Shown here: piece by piece, positions 9,667-19,772 of the stretch
Layout: every line of letters starts with the position of its first letter
Position numbering within the stretch: position 1 is the stretch's first letter
IMG/VR virus record: IMGVR_UViG_3300036546_000109
Coordinates: 1-64,000 of that record
Direction: 5' to 3' (one strand)
Source: a virus
Taxonomy: Duplodnaviria; Caudoviricetes
DNA: 64,000 bases
Notes under the pieces: model-generated
The model's database searches: none
Seen by the model: only the letters and a program-made list of their open reading frames with translations
What the model was told of the DNA's origin: nothing
Made by a program: the position numbers and the translations under genes

Positions 9667-10083
9667 ATGGCACACAATAAAGAACTAGCAAAGAAACAAA
9701 GGTTGTCTGAAGAAGATTGTATTGCAATTGACGTGCTTCATAAGATGCGTGAGCAGATTGTTTCACGTCCAGATATGTTTTTTGATAATACAGAGGATGC
9801 TGTAGAAGCTCTACATGGAATCTCTTTTGCTCTTCAGTGGATTTGGGGATTTCCTCTTGACAAGAAAATGCACAAAGATGTAGAAGATTTTGAGTTCAAA
9901 CAGTTGTGGGCAGGGTTGAAGTATAGGTGCACTAAGACTGGAGAAATCTTTACAATCCCGGAAGATGTGAAGGAGTGTGATTTCTTCTCGTTTGGCGAAG
10001 CTTTTGTTGATGTGGGGCGACTTGGGGCATATTGTCGTTTGAGTGGATGCGTTAGCGTAGGAGAGAAAATTGAATCACATTAA
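9667..10083 (+). CDS. hypothetical protein
   Basis: AGGAG RBS, 138 aa. Confidence 0.7.
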   Translation: MAHNKELAKKQRLSEEDCIAIDVLHKMREQIVSRPDMFFDNTEDAVEALHGISFALQWIWGFPLDKKMHKDVEDFEFKQLWAGLKYRCTKTGEIFTIPEDVKECDFFSFGEAFVDVGRLGAYCRLSGCVSVGEKIESH

Positions 10084-10747
10084 AGTTTTAGATTTTACAA
10101 AACCCAAAGGTCGCGTGTTCTTCACTACTGACCTACACGGACACTACGATTTGCTACACGACAAGCTGCGTGAAGTTGCCTTTGATAGCACTAAAGATAT
10201 TCTTATCTCAGGGGGTGACTGGTGCGACAGAGGTCCGGATAGTCAGCACGTTCTGGACTACTTGAACGAGCCTTGGATTTATTCTGTACGTGCAAACCAC
10301 GAACAAATGTTCATTGAAGCTTATGAAGGAGATTTTAAGAATCAGGCTTGTCAGATGCTTGTGGCGAATGGTGGCTCTTGGGTAGCGTTTTGTGAAGATG
10401 CCCATCTAACTGCAATCTACGAGAGTTTCAAGTCTCTGCCGCTAGCTATTGAGCTGCACACACCAACAGAGGTTATCGGTATCATCCACGCTCAAGTGCC
10501 GTATAACAACTGGAATGAGTTCAAGAAAGCTTCTGAAACAGAATTGGTTTGGAATGCTGAGGCCACTGCAATGTGGTCACGTCACAACTATGACTATAAG
10601 ATAGCAGTGCAAGTGGAAGGCGTTGATCGTGTTTTGGTTGGTCACACTCCGACAGAATCTGGAGAGGTTGAGGTGCTAGGTAATGTTTGGTATTGTGATC
10701 TTGGGTCTTTCTTCCGAAACAAAATTTCTTTTATTCAGTTGGTATGA
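10070..10747 (+). CDS. metallophosphoesterase, lambda NinI-like Ser/Thr phosphatase
   Basis: TDLHG, GDWCDRGPDS, RANHE, VGHTP motifs. Confidence 0.88.
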   Translation: MNHIKVLDFTKPKGRVFFTTDLHGHYDLLHDKLREVAFDSTKDILISGGDWCDRGPDSQHVLDYLNEPWIYSVRANHEQMFIEAYEGDFKNQACQMLVANGGSWVAFCEDAHLTAIYESFKSLPLAIELHTPTEVIGIIHAQVPYNNWNEFKKASETELVWNAEATAMWSRHNYDYKIAVQVEGVDRVLVGHTPTESGEVEVLGNVWYCDLGSFFRNKISFIQLV

Positions 10748-11187
10748 TGTCTATGAATAAGTGGGATAAGCGTTATCTTGACCTTGCACTTGAAGTGGCA
10801 TCTTGGTCTAAAGACCCCTCTACTAAGGTTGGGTGTGTGATTATTGATTCGTTTGGTCGTCCTGTCTCTTTCGGTTTCAACGGTCTTCCGAGGGAGATGG
10901 AGGATACAGATGAACGACTAAATGACCGTACATTCAAATATGCACACACAACTCATGGGGAAATTAACGCTGTATTGGCTGCTGGACGACACTTGAATGG
11001 TTGCACTGTCTACATTACACATCCACCATGTTCAATGTGTTTGTGCCAACTAAAGCAGGCGTTTGTAGATAAGATTGTTTGCTACGACGGAGGAAAAGAT
11101 TTTCAGGAAAGGTGGAATACCGATTCTGTATTGAAGCTCGCAGATGAGTTGAAAATTTCAATCAACATCTATGAGAAAAACGATTGA
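10744..11187 (+). CDS. dCMP deaminase
   Basis: SKDPSTKVG, GFNG, HGEINA, PCSMC zinc motifs. Confidence 0.9.
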   Translation: MMSMNKWDKRYLDLALEVASWSKDPSTKVGCVIIDSFGRPVSFGFNGLPREMEDTDERLNDRTFKYAHTTHGEINAVLAAGRHLNGCTVYITHPPCSMCLCQLKQAFVDKIVCYDGGKDFQERWNTDSVLKLADELKISINIYEKND

Positions 11188-11212
11188 CACACAGGAGCCA
11201 CTGGCTTATTCT
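11184..11212 (+). promoter_or_regulatory. sigma70-like promoter
   Basis: TTGACA-N17-TATTCT. Confidence 0.65.
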
Positions 11213-11286
11213 CTTTACATAGAGATTGGTTAGTGGCTTTTCTTCATTCTGAAGAACGCCTTTTCTTGTTTATGGAGGATGAAAAT

Positions 11287-11847
11287 ATGAATAACAGGAT
11301 GACTTCTCTTGAGTTTATCTGCTGGAGTGTTTTCTTAGGTGGCGTTTTGTTCTTCCTGGATGTGTGGTTATCTGATATGTACGAAGGCCGTCATAAGATT
11401 AAGCAGCTTCCACCAGACCCCAAGGGTTTTGAACACACACGAGAAGAGAAGGCTATTTTGTGTACAGGGTGGCCCACTTGCATGAAACTCTCAGAAGCTG
11501 TAGTGTGGGAATCTCGATCCGAGCCTTTGGAAGGACGACGCCTTGTTGCTCAAGTGATTATGAATCGTGTGCATCACAAGAACTGGCCTAATACAGTGGA
11601 AGAGGTGATTCATCAGCGTAAGCAATTCAGTTATTTGCAAGATAAACACAAACAGCGAACACCAACACAAAAAGATTGGACAGAGGCTCGTGCTACAGCT
11701 TACAATGTGCTTCATGGGTTGGTTGCTGATGAGTCTCAAGGGGCCACACACTACACAGAGAAGAGTATTCAACGTAGCTGGATGAAGAATCTTGAATACG
11801 TGACAACCATCAACAACCACAAGTTTTACCGGGAGATAATTAAATGA
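11287..11847 (+). CDS. SleB-like cell wall hydrolase with N-terminal membrane anchor
   Basis: AVVWESRSEP..G..VAQVIMNRV, QFSY, GATHY, HKFY; start set at the ATG after GGAGG. Confidence 0.85.
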   Translation: MNNRMTSLEFICWSVFLGGVLFFLDVWLSDMYEGRHKIKQLPPDPKGFEHTREEKAILCTGWPTCMKLSEAVVWESRSEPLEGRRLVAQVIMNRVHHKNWPNTVEEVIHQRKQFSYLQDKHKQRTPTQKDWTEARATAYNVLHGLVADESQGATHYTEKSIQRSWMKNLEYVTTINNHKFYREIIK

Positions 11848-12734
11848 CTAAACCTTTTCGACCAATGCTGGCTGTAGCCTGCGAAGATTTGAGTAAAGTG
11901 AAGTACCCTTGCTTGCTTTCAGAGAAGCTTGATGGTATTCGCGCCAGTATTCACAACGGAGTGGTAATGTCGCGGAGCATGAAACCAATTCCATCTCAAG
12001 CTATCCAAGATAAATTTGGTAAGCCTGAGTATGAAGGTTACGATGGCGAGATTATCTATGGAAATAAGAACGCTCCAGATGTATTCAACAAGAGCACACG
12101 GGCTTGTATGAGCCACCAACTCCCTGAAGAAATGAATGTAAGTGATCTGCATTTTTATGTGTTTGATGTTATCAGCGAGGGTGGATACGAAATTCGGTGG
12201 GACAACATCGAGCCAGACTCAGGTAATAATGTTCACAGGCTGTGGATTGGGCAAGTTAACTCTGCCGAGGAAGTGCAGAAGTTTGAGTCTGAGTTCCTTG
12301 AAGCAGGTGCAGAAGGTGTAATGCTCCGTTCTCCAACCGGACCTTACAAACAAGGTCGTAGTACACTTAAAGAGGGGTATCTACTTAAGGTGAAACAATT
12401 TTCTGACGCTGAAGCTATTGTAATTGGATTTGAAGAAAAGATGCACAATGCTAATGAGGCAGAAGTGGGGGAGCTTGGTCAGACTAAGCGTTCGTCTTGT
12501 ATGGAAAACCTTGTCCCGATGAACACACTTGGTAGTTTACATGTGCGAGATATCGAGAGTGGAGTTGACTTCCACATTGGAACAGGCTTTAATGATGGTC
12601 AGCGTAAAGAGATTTGGGAATCTCGTGAGGATTGGCTAGGAAAGATTGTAAAATATAAAAGCTTCAAGGTGGGTGTAAAAGAGAAGCCCCGCCATCCAGT
12701 TTTTCTAGGGGTTAGAATGAAGGAGGACATGTAA
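11844..12734 (+). CDS. lig: ATP-dependent DNA ligase
   Basis: SEKLDGIR (KxDG), DGEI, FDV, EGVMLR, LLKVK motifs. Confidence 0.92.
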   Translation: MTKPFRPMLAVACEDLSKVKYPCLLSEKLDGIRASIHNGVVMSRSMKPIPSQAIQDKFGKPEYEGYDGEIIYGNKNAPDVFNKSTRACMSHQLPEEMNVSDLHFYVFDVISEGGYEIRWDNIEPDSGNNVHRLWIGQVNSAEEVQKFESEFLEAGAEGVMLRSPTGPYKQGRSTLKEGYLLKVKQFSDAEAIVIGFEEKMHNANEAEVGELGQTKRSSCMENLVPMNTLGSLHVRDIESGVDFHIGTGFNDGQRKEIWESREDWLGKIVKYKSFKVGVKEKPRHPVFLGVRMKEDM

Positions 12735-13009
12735 TGATAGAACTACCTGTAGAATATAAATCGTTGGTTTATCTGCACCGATATGTCGGCTGTGTAAAGA
12801 CTGTGGAGTTTGCGTGCAAAATCTGGAACGAGCTTCATCAGATGGACAGCTTGCACATAAAGTGTGTGAAAGAACCTGAAAGTACAATTATAGTGACAGG
12901 TAAGTGCCGAGATTTAGGATTCTTCCTGTCCATCTGCCGATACCTCACAGCCCTTGGTGTTGATGTGCAGCACGAGAAGACTATTATGAGAGTAGAACTG
13001 GAGGTCTAA
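12734..13009 (+). CDS. hypothetical protein
   Basis: TAATG overlap, 91 aa. Confidence 0.6.
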   Translation: MIELPVEYKSLVYLHRYVGCVKTVEFACKIWNELHQMDSLHIKCVKEPESTIIVTGKCRDLGFFLSICRYLTALGVDVQHEKTIMRVELEV

Positions 13010-13010
13010 G

Positions 13011-13211
13011 ATGACAGAACAAATTGAAGAAAATGTTGTAGAAGGCTGTGTCCAAAATCCTTCTCAAATTGCAAGACTGTTCACCAACCTAGATGCACTG
13101 CTTGACTTTGCTAAATGGACACGTCCCGCTGCTTTCACTGTGCAATCTGGTGTAGATGAGAATGGTAAGGCTGTATGGCAGATTATCTATCATGCACAGA
13201 ATCGAGGATAA
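13011..13211 (+). CDS. hypothetical protein
   Basis: GGAGG RBS. Confidence 0.6.
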   Translation: MTEQIEENVVEGCVQNPSQIARLFTNLDALLDFAKWTRPAAFTVQSGVDENGKAVWQIIYHAQNRG

Positions 13212-13215
13212 AGAG

Positions 13216-13461
13216 ATGAACACACATTACAATGCAGCTTCTCAAGTGGAAGCTCTGAGCTATGTTCTTAACACTCTCATACAATCTTCAGCTAAAGAGT
13301 CTGAAGGGTGTGTAAGGCATGTTCGTCAGAAAGAACTTCTCATCAGCATCCAGCTCACTAAAAAGCTGTTGCAACAGGCTGAAGAGCTTGCTATGATGGA
13401 GGCAGAAGTTGAAGCGTTGTTTGAAGGAAATGCTTCTCTTGGAATTCACAACGAACAATAG
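13216..13461 (+). CDS. hypothetical protein
   Basis: Start adjusted to the ATG after GAGG. Confidence 0.55.
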   Translation: MNTHYNAASQVEALSYVLNTLIQSSAKESEGCVRHVRQKELLISIQLTKKLLQQAEELAMMEAEVEALFEGNASLGIHNEQ

Positions 13462-13472
13462 GAGAATAGAAA

Positions 13473-13670
13473 ATGCAAGAACAAAAACAAGAAGACATTC
13501 TATTGAATTCAGAGCGTAGAGCTTTGATGGATGAAATAGCAGAGCTTAAGCAAAAGCTTGATGCTGCTTGGGCCACAAACAATCGTCGGATGAACAGGAT
13601 TATTCTGACAAGTGATTACCTCAGTGTAGACCAGAAGGATAAAATCTTGTCTGCTATATGGGAGAAATAA
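13473..13670 (+). CDS. hypothetical protein
   Basis: AGGAG RBS. Confidence 0.6.
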   Translation: MQEQKQEDILLNSERRALMDEIAELKQKLDAAWATNNRRMNRIILTSDYLSVDQKDKILSAIWEK

Positions 13671-13671
13671 G

Positions 13672-13860
13672 ATGACTGAGTGCTTAGAAATTACAGAGAA
13701 TTACAAATCTCTTTTGAATATGTGTGACACAAATACAGCAGCAGATGTTATTATGTTCCGTAGTGATGAGCTTACAGAGCAAATGCTTGTAGACATCATG
13801 TATTCAATGAAAGGGGAGCTTATGCTTCGACAAATGGAGGAAGATAGTGAAAGAAATTGA
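13672..13860 (+). CDS. hypothetical protein
   Basis: 62 aa, operon packing. Confidence 0.55.
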   Translation: MTECLEITENYKSLLNMCDTNTAADVIMFRSDELTEQMLVDIMYSMKGELMLRQMEEDSERN

Positions 13861-13988
13861 AGATGCTGTTTCTGCTATCATCCAGAATATTGAAGACTGC
13901 ACAAACGAAGATTTGGAACGTCTGAGCTTTGCTATTTGGGTGGAGCAGCACAATCGAGAGTTTGAATTTATGTATCAGGAGGATGAGC

Positions 13989-14309
13989 ATGAGTAAAGAA
14001 TTTTGTTATGTTGTAGCATTTCAAGAGAATGCAAAAGAGCTTTATGCTGGGCTTGTGCTTGATGTGGTGTATTATCATAAACAAGAGGCTGATTTCTCTG
14101 CTGATAATCCTGATGATTTCTACGGATACACAGAAATTGAATGGAATGTTGCACGAGCTGATATTTTCGATGATAATACTGACGAGCTTGTTGAGGCTCT
14201 AGAGAGTCCCACAAAAGAATATTGTGAAGAACGCTTCAATGTTGACATAGATTATCTTGAAGCATGGCTTATTGAACAAATTGAAATGGAGAAAGAAGAT
14301 GAGCAATAA
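13989..14309 (+). CDS. highly acidic hypothetical protein
   Basis: AGGAGG RBS; about 30 D/E versus 7 K/R in 106 aa. Confidence 0.7.
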   Translation: MSKEFCYVVAFQENAKELYAGLVLDVVYYHKQEADFSADNPDDFYGYTEIEWNVARADIFDDNTDELVEALESPTKEYCEERFNVDIDYLEAWLIEQIEMEKEDEQ

Positions 14310-14541
14310 AATTCGTGTACGTGTTCCAAATGGGAAGCCTATCTTCTACCTTGACACAGGCGTAATCCTTGATAATATTCGCTTTGTCAAATACAGCACA
14401 GAAGATGATGCTCCAGCTTTCACTGTTGTAAAACGAGATGGGACGTTCTACACTCAAGCCCCTGTCAACGGAAAGAACATCCATTGCACACTAGAACAAG
14501 CCATCAATCGTTATGGATTGTCTGTATATTTGGTGAGCTAA
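14299..14541 (+). CDS. hypothetical protein
   Basis: Start adjusted to MSNKIRV. Confidence 0.6.
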   Translation: MSNKIRVRVPNGKPIFYLDTGVILDNIRFVKYSTEDDAPAFTVVKRDGTFYTQAPVNGKNIHCTLEQAINRYGLSVYLVS

Positions 14542-14555
14542 ATAAGGAGAGCATT

Positions 14556-15341
14556 ATGTCTGATTATAAAGATGAAAATATTTGGTTGATGCAAGGTGAT
14601 TGTCTAGAACGTATGAAGGAGATTCCTGATGGGAGTGTTGACATAACTGTTACAAGTCCACCATACGATAATCTGCGCACTTATAACGGAAATAATGCGC
14701 TATGGGGCGAGCATGTTTGGAAATCGGCCATTAAAGACCTATACCGTGTTACTAAAGATGGTGGCGTGGTCGTTTGGGTTGTTGGTGATGCCACTATAAA
14801 GGGCAGTGAGACAGGCACATCTTTTAAGCAAGCGCTTTGGGCTATGGAGTGTGGCTTTAGGTTGCATGATACGATGATTTACCAGACAAACAAGCCGCCA
14901 CAAACACACAGACGTTATGAGCAGCAGTGGGAATATATGTTTGTTTTTTCCAAGTGCTCCCCAAAAACTTTTAATCCCATACTTGAGCCATCTGAAAATG
15001 CGGGACAAAAACGAACGTCAACGATGAGGCAAGACGGTGACAACCTGTCAAATAGAAGTGCGAGGGGTGTCGTGAAAGCCATGAAGCAAAAAGGCAACAT
15101 TTGGTATTTGCCTAGAGGTGCGCGGAAATGTAAGCTTGAGGTTTTGCACCCTGCAACATTCCCAGAACAACTAGCACACGACCATATCATTAGCTGGTCA
15201 AACGGTGGTGATGTTGTGTTCGATCCGTTCACAGGAAGCGGTACTACAGGAAAAATGGCTAAACTGACAGGTAGAAAATTCATTGGAATTGAAATGGATG
15301 AAAATTACTTCGAGATTGCAAAGAAAAGGATTTTAGGGTGA
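14556..15341 (+). CDS. N4-cytosine/N6-adenine DNA methyltransferase (beta class)
   Basis: GDCLE, TSPPY, HPATFP, DPFTGSGTT, FIGIE; TAAGGAG RBS before ATG 14556. Confidence 0.9.
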   Translation: MSDYKDENIWLMQGDCLERMKEIPDGSVDITVTSPPYDNLRTYNGNNALWGEHVWKSAIKDLYRVTKDGGVVVWVVGDATIKGSETGTSFKQALWAMECGFRLHDTMIYQTNKPPQTHRRYEQQWEYMFVFSKCSPKTFNPILEPSENAGQKRTSTMRQDGDNLSNRSARGVVKAMKQKGNIWYLPRGARKCKLEVLHPATFPEQLAHDHIISWSNGGDVVFDPFTGSGTTGKMAKLTGRKFIGIEMDENYFEIAKKRILG

Positions 15342-15347
15342 GCTAAT

Positions 15348-15641
15348 ATGGACGTACATGTAGTAAATATCAGGAATGATGTAAGGGTTTTCTCTACATT
15401 TGAGAAGGCTCTTTCTTTCGTCTCCAAGCACAACAACAAAGTGGGACGTGTAGCCCAATTCATTGCAGTAGATAAAGAGATGTTTGATGATATGATGGAG
15501 GAGCATCTTGGGAATATTTGGGCTGATTCGGCCTCTTACGAACAATGGCGAGAAGATAAGATGCAAGAGCTTGGCATTGAAGAGGATGATCTGCTAGAAT
15601 ACACGGACACGATATTTATTCATACGGTGGAGGTGGAATGA
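15348..15641 (+). CDS. hypothetical protein
   Basis: 97 aa ORF. Confidence 0.6.
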   Translation: MDVHVVNIRNDVRVFSTFEKALSFVSKHNNKVGRVAQFIAVDKEMFDDMMEEHLGNIWADSASYEQWREDKMQELGIEEDDLLEYTDTIFIHTVEVE

Positions 15642-15973
15642 TGTCTCCTAAAGAGAAGATTGACAGCGTGTGGAATAGCATCTGGAAAGATATTCTAGAG
15701 AATCCTGATGGCACACCGGACATGGACAGTATAAAACGTGAGCTGCATGACTACGTTGTCTTGTTCAAGAGTGTCCAGACAGCTTATTCTCGTTTGACAG
15801 GAGGAGAGATTAATCACCCCTTTACACAATTGGATGTTCTTATCTCCTATGTTGATTTGTATTATGAGGAGATGATGTCTGTAGGCTATCAGGAAGAACA
15901 AGAGGAAGAAGTGTTCCAAGAGGAAAGAGCTTCGCTCTTTGATGTTCCATATTCAAAAGCAACGATCCACTGA
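15638..15973 (+). CDS. hypothetical protein
   Basis: ATGA overlap, GGAGG RBS. Confidence 0.65.
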   Translation: MMSPKEKIDSVWNSIWKDILENPDGTPDMDSIKRELHDYVVLFKSVQTAYSRLTGGEINHPFTQLDVLISYVDLYYEEMMSVGYQEEQEEEVFQEERASLFDVPYSKATIH

Positions 15974-15983
15974 GGAGAAATAA

Positions 15984-16247
15984 ATGACATTCCTAATTAC
16001 ATACTACGTTATCGGCCTTTTCCTCTCTGCCCTGCTTCTGTTGGCAACATGGAAGTTTCTTGGACAGCAAGGGGTATATCAGCTCTATCGTGAGGAATAT
16101 CGCAATACAAAGCTTTCTGTAAAGGAAGTGTATGTGTATTTCCACATTGCTGTGCTGGTTATCCTGCCCATCGCCTATGGTTGGTGGATCATCGAGAGTA
16201 TCATTGATTACGCCTTCAAAAAACTTGCACCAAAGAAAAAGAGTTGA
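15984..16247 (+). CDS. small membrane protein
   Basis: Two hydrophobic segments; GAGGAG RBS. Confidence 0.65.
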   Translation: MTFLITYYVIGLFLSALLLLATWKFLGQQGVYQLYREEYRNTKLSVKEVYVYFHIAVLVILPIAYGWWIIESIIDYAFKKLAPKKKS

Positions 16248-16306
16248 TATGATAGCCTGACATTTAACGATGTTGGGCTATTTTTGTTTACAGAGGAGAA
16301 GAGAAA

Positions 16307-16564
16307 ATGAATGACAAAACTAAAGTGAATGTTTCGTTTGACGGAGAGAATCAGGTCGTAGAGGTTCCTGTGAACGCCAATGGGACAATCAACAACCGCA
16401 TGATTGAGCTTGAGATTATGGAATATGACTACAAGATTCTTGCAAAGCTTGTTGAAATGACTTATGATGCTGTGATTGGCGGTGATTCAAAACACCCAGT
16501 TAGCCAGATGAGCGAACTTCAAAAGCTTCTGGTATCTGGTCAATCGGATAAGACTTTTCATTAA
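16307..16564 (+). CDS. hypothetical protein
   Basis: GAGGAG RBS. Confidence 0.65.
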   Translation: MNDKTKVNVSFDGENQVVEVPVNANGTINNRMIELEIMEYDYKILAKLVEMTYDAVIGGDSKHPVSQMSELQKLLVSGQSDKTFH

Positions 16565-16573
16565 GGAGTAGTT

Positions 16574-17605
16574 GTGGCAAATCTTGAAGATGTTATTGAT
16601 CCTGAGTATGGCTTGCAGCAAGATGAATGGAGTATGACTCGTCCTCGATTTGGTAAGGATGGGCAACTAGAAGTTATTGGGTGGAGTGGTAAGGAAAGGT
16701 ATCACAAACTTTATATTGTAACCTGTGGCGTTTGCTCGGGTGACCCGGAGCTTTTCGGGGACGGTTACTTCAAATCATCTAAGGGAAATATAAATAAAGG
16801 GCAAACACCCTGCGGTTGTGCTAAAAATCCACTATGGGACTCAAGTCAAATGGGTATTAGACTTCACAGAAAGTGCTCTGAAAGGGGTTATACTTTTATT
16901 GGCTTCTTGGGGAGTTATGAGACAGTAAAATCTACTAGGTGTCTAGTCAATTGTGAACTTCACGGGGATTGGGAAACCTGTCCAGATAAAATTATTCAAA
17001 ATCGCGGGTGTCCCCAGTGCCGTATGTCCAAATTGAAGAAAACTCTCAGCACTCTAGGGAACCGACAGGGCAGAGAAAGGGAGGACGATTCCAGCCATAT
17101 AAAAACATTTGTGGATACCGGAGGTTTCGCAGAAGGTACAACTTTCACAAGGAGCCTCGAAAGAAAAACCAGTCAAGGTAGGAGCACCTATTGGGATGTG
17201 TACTGTCCAGAGTGTGAACAAACAGCGTCAGCATTTATTGGACAGCTGAAGGAAGGCCACCGTCCATGTCACTGCGGACCTTCCCGACAAAGAGAGGCTT
17301 ACATTAATTTTGTAAAAGAAGCTCCGAATTTTTTAGCAATAAAGTTTGGTGTAGCAAATCAAACAGGAGTCAGAATTAAGCAACAAGCAAGGGCTTGTAT
17401 CTACGAAGTAGAAAACTTTGGCGTGTGGGAGTTTGAAACAAAGGAGTCTTGTCTTGCAGCAGAAAGGGAATGTAAACAAACTCTTGAATGTGGTGTGCTG
17501 ACAAAAGAAGAGATGCCGGATGGTTTCACCGAAAGTACGTGGGTATATAATTTAGACAAAATCATCTCTATTTATGAAAAACACGGAGGAAAGAGAATCA
17601 AATGA
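16574..17605 (+). CDS. putative homing endonuclease, zinc-binding repeats plus GIY-YIG-like C-terminus
   Basis: CELHG..GCPQC, CPEC..PCHC repeats; AYINFV..IKFGVA..RIKQQ..AERECK. Confidence 0.6.
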   Translation: MANLEDVIDPEYGLQQDEWSMTRPRFGKDGQLEVIGWSGKERYHKLYIVTCGVCSGDPELFGDGYFKSSKGNINKGQTPCGCAKNPLWDSSQMGIRLHRKCSERGYTFIGFLGSYETVKSTRCLVNCELHGDWETCPDKIIQNRGCPQCRMSKLKKTLSTLGNRQGREREDDSSHIKTFVDTGGFAEGTTFTRSLERKTSQGRSTYWDVYCPECEQTASAFIGQLKEGHRPCHCGPSRQREAYINFVKEAPNFLAIKFGVANQTGVRIKQQARACIYEVENFGVWEFETKESCLAAERECKQTLECGVLTKEEMPDGFTESTWVYNLDKIISIYEKHGGKRIK

Positions 17606-17684
17606 GAAAACTAAAATCTATTGAAGAGATAATGGCTTGCTTGCACAATAGAAAGAATACAGAAGAATATGGAGGACGTGTTCG

Positions 17685-17894
17685 GTGAATTTCCCAGCTA
17701 AACTTTACGTTGTAAACACAGTGTCTTATGATGGGTATAACTCATGGGAGAGTAGCTACCACCTAACACGTAAAGGTGCATTGAAGATGATAATGCAAAC
17801 ACAATACACTAATTGGGAAATGTGCAGATATGTTCAGCCCGATAGCTACGAAGAACTTCGTATGTACATTACGGAAAAGGAGTTGTTTGAATGA
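17685..17894 (+). CDS. hypothetical protein
   Basis: GGAGG RBS, GTG start. Confidence 0.55.
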   Translation: MNFPAKLYVVNTVSYDGYNSWESSYHLTRKGALKMIMQTQYTNWEMCRYVQPDSYEELRMYITEKELFE

Positions 17895-18121
17895 TCTTAA
17901 AAACTAATCCATATCCAGCAGAGCTTCTATTACGCCTGTCTGGTGTTAATGGATATAAGCCAATCCATCCTCGTGATGGTACGTGGATTGCAGAGCTGAT
18001 TAAAGATTATTACAATCAAATATCCAATCTCCAACGTGAGGTGATAACGTTGACACAAGAGAAAGGGATGCTTGAACAGGAGAACAAGTTTTTGATTGCA
18101 CAGATGCAGGAGGAAGAATGA
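17891..18121 (+). CDS. hypothetical protein
   Basis: ATGA overlap. Confidence 0.55.
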   Translation: MILKTNPYPAELLLRLSGVNGYKPIHPRDGTWIAELIKDYYNQISNLQREVITLTQEKGMLEQENKFLIAQMQEEE

Positions 18122-18312
18122 AGAATAGATTGATTGGTATTACAGTTTTGCTGCTATTGGGCTTTGTGGTGTTTGTATGCCTTGCAGGATTTGGAACGTT
18201 GATAGCTGTTATGTTCCTGACAATGCACCCAGTAATGATTATCCTTGTGACAGTGGTGTCATCTTGTTTGGTGTTGTTGCATTTGATGACTAAAGATAAC
18301 AAAGCCTCTTAA
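18118..18312 (+). CDS. small membrane protein
   Basis: Two hydrophobic helices, GAGG RBS. Confidence 0.6.
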   Translation: MKNRLIGITVLLLLGFVVFVCLAGFGTLIAVMFLTMHPVMIILVTVVSSCLVLLHLMTKDNKAS

Positions 18313-18534
18313 TTGGGGCTTCTTTTATTGGAGAAGAAAATGAAGGACGATGAATACAAACTCTTGACTGACCCTGAATACACAAAGGAATGGGCGGAGC
18401 AAGAACTAGCACGAGGAACATTCTATTTCTACGAGCAATTTGGAGTGGAAGACTCCTACATTTGTGATTGTCGTAGAGCACACGGGAAGAAGTGTAAGTA
18501 TCCAGAGAAATATCGAGAAGGAGGGTGTAGGTGA
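18313..18534 (+). CDS. hypothetical protein
   Basis: True start probably ATG near 18340; Cys-rich C-terminus. Confidence 0.5.
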   Translation: MGLLLLEKKMKDDEYKLLTDPEYTKEWAEQELARGTFYFYEQFGVEDSYICDCRRAHGKKCKYPEKYREGGCR

Positions 18535-19772
18535 CAGACATTAAAGTAGTAGATGCAATCTGTGGCAGCGGAAAAACAACGTGGATATTTGAACATATCA
18601 GGCAACACCCAGAACGTAAGTGGGTGTTTGTCTCTCCATACTTGGATGAGGCTGGAGATGGGAACGAGAAGGGGAGAATTCAGAAGGAATTACCTGAATT
18701 CAATTTCAAAGCCCCGTCAGGAACTCCCAGCAAAACAGCAGACTTCTTACGTCTAGCCAAGAAAGGACACAACATAGCCATCACCCATAAACTCTTCACT
18801 GGGTTTACTGTGGAGGTGGCTTCTGTGCTTGCAGAACAAAAATATCATTTGGTGATTGATGAAACAATTGACCTCGTTACTTTCTTTGAAGGAATTGGAC
18901 ACGAGGATGTTAAGTTTCTCATATTGGCGGGGATGGTGGTGTGTGCCCCTAATGGACAACTGCACTGGAATGAAGAAAAATGGCCCAACTATACAGGGCG
19001 CGATGTTCACATAAAACAGTTGTGTGAACTTGGTTGCTTATGGTTATATGGGGAGGATGTGATAATACAGCGCATACCACCAACTTGTATGAAAGCTTGT
19101 GAATCGGTAACAATCCTAACCTATCTGTTCGAAGCAAGCCTTATGCACTGCTGGATGCAGCTAAATGAGATGCAATGGGAATACTATTATCCAGACACAC
19201 TAAGAAAACCAGAGGAGATAAAACAAATACTCAGGGACAAGCTTCACTTTGTAAAGCACCCCAAGCTGATAACTGATCTCCAGAGGACACACCAAGGGTT
19301 GTACAAAAGTAATGTCTTCAATGTTGGCTGGTATCAGAAATCAACCAAAGATACGCTTGAAAGAGTGAAGAAAAGTATTGAGACAACGCTCAAAGAACAG
19401 ATGCCAAAAGGAGAAGTATTTTGGACTACATTCAAGGATTATGAAAAAGATTTGGAAGGTGTTGGATACACCAGAGCAAAGAAGATAAACGGAGTGCTAA
19501 GAAAGCCTTTTGTCTCTAAGAATATGAGAGCTTCTAACGAATACAAAGACTGCACCAACTGTATCTACGCGGTGAACATCTACCCACACGGTAGCCTAGA
19601 CTCACACTTACGTCAGTTTGATGTGCAGATAGACAAGGACTTGTTTGCTTTGTCTGAGGTGATTCAATTCATATTCAGAGGAAGCATTAGAGAGCACAAA
19701 GACATGTATGTGTACATCTTGTCGGAGAGGATGTTGAAGCTTGTAAAGGATTGGTTGGCACTGGATACATAA
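18531..19772 (+). CDS. SF2 DEAD-like helicase/ATPase-family protein
   Basis: DAICGSGKT Walker A, LVIDE Walker B, QFIFRGSIR. Confidence 0.75.
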   Translation: MTDIKVVDAICGSGKTTWIFEHIRQHPERKWVFVSPYLDEAGDGNEKGRIQKELPEFNFKAPSGTPSKTADFLRLAKKGHNIAITHKLFTGFTVEVASVLAEQKYHLVIDETIDLVTFFEGIGHEDVKFLILAGMVVCAPNGQLHWNEEKWPNYTGRDVHIKQLCELGCLWLYGEDVIIQRIPPTCMKACESVTILTYLFEASLMHCWMQLNEMQWEYYYPDTLRKPEEIKQILRDKLHFVKHPKLITDLQRTHQGLYKSNVFNVGWYQKSTKDTLERVKKSIETTLKEQMPKGEVFWTTFKDYEKDLEGVGYTRAKKINGVLRKPFVSKNMRASNEYKDCTNCIYAVNIYPHGSLDSHLRQFDVQIDKDLFALSEVIQFIFRGSIREHKDMYVYILSERMLKLVKDWLALDT

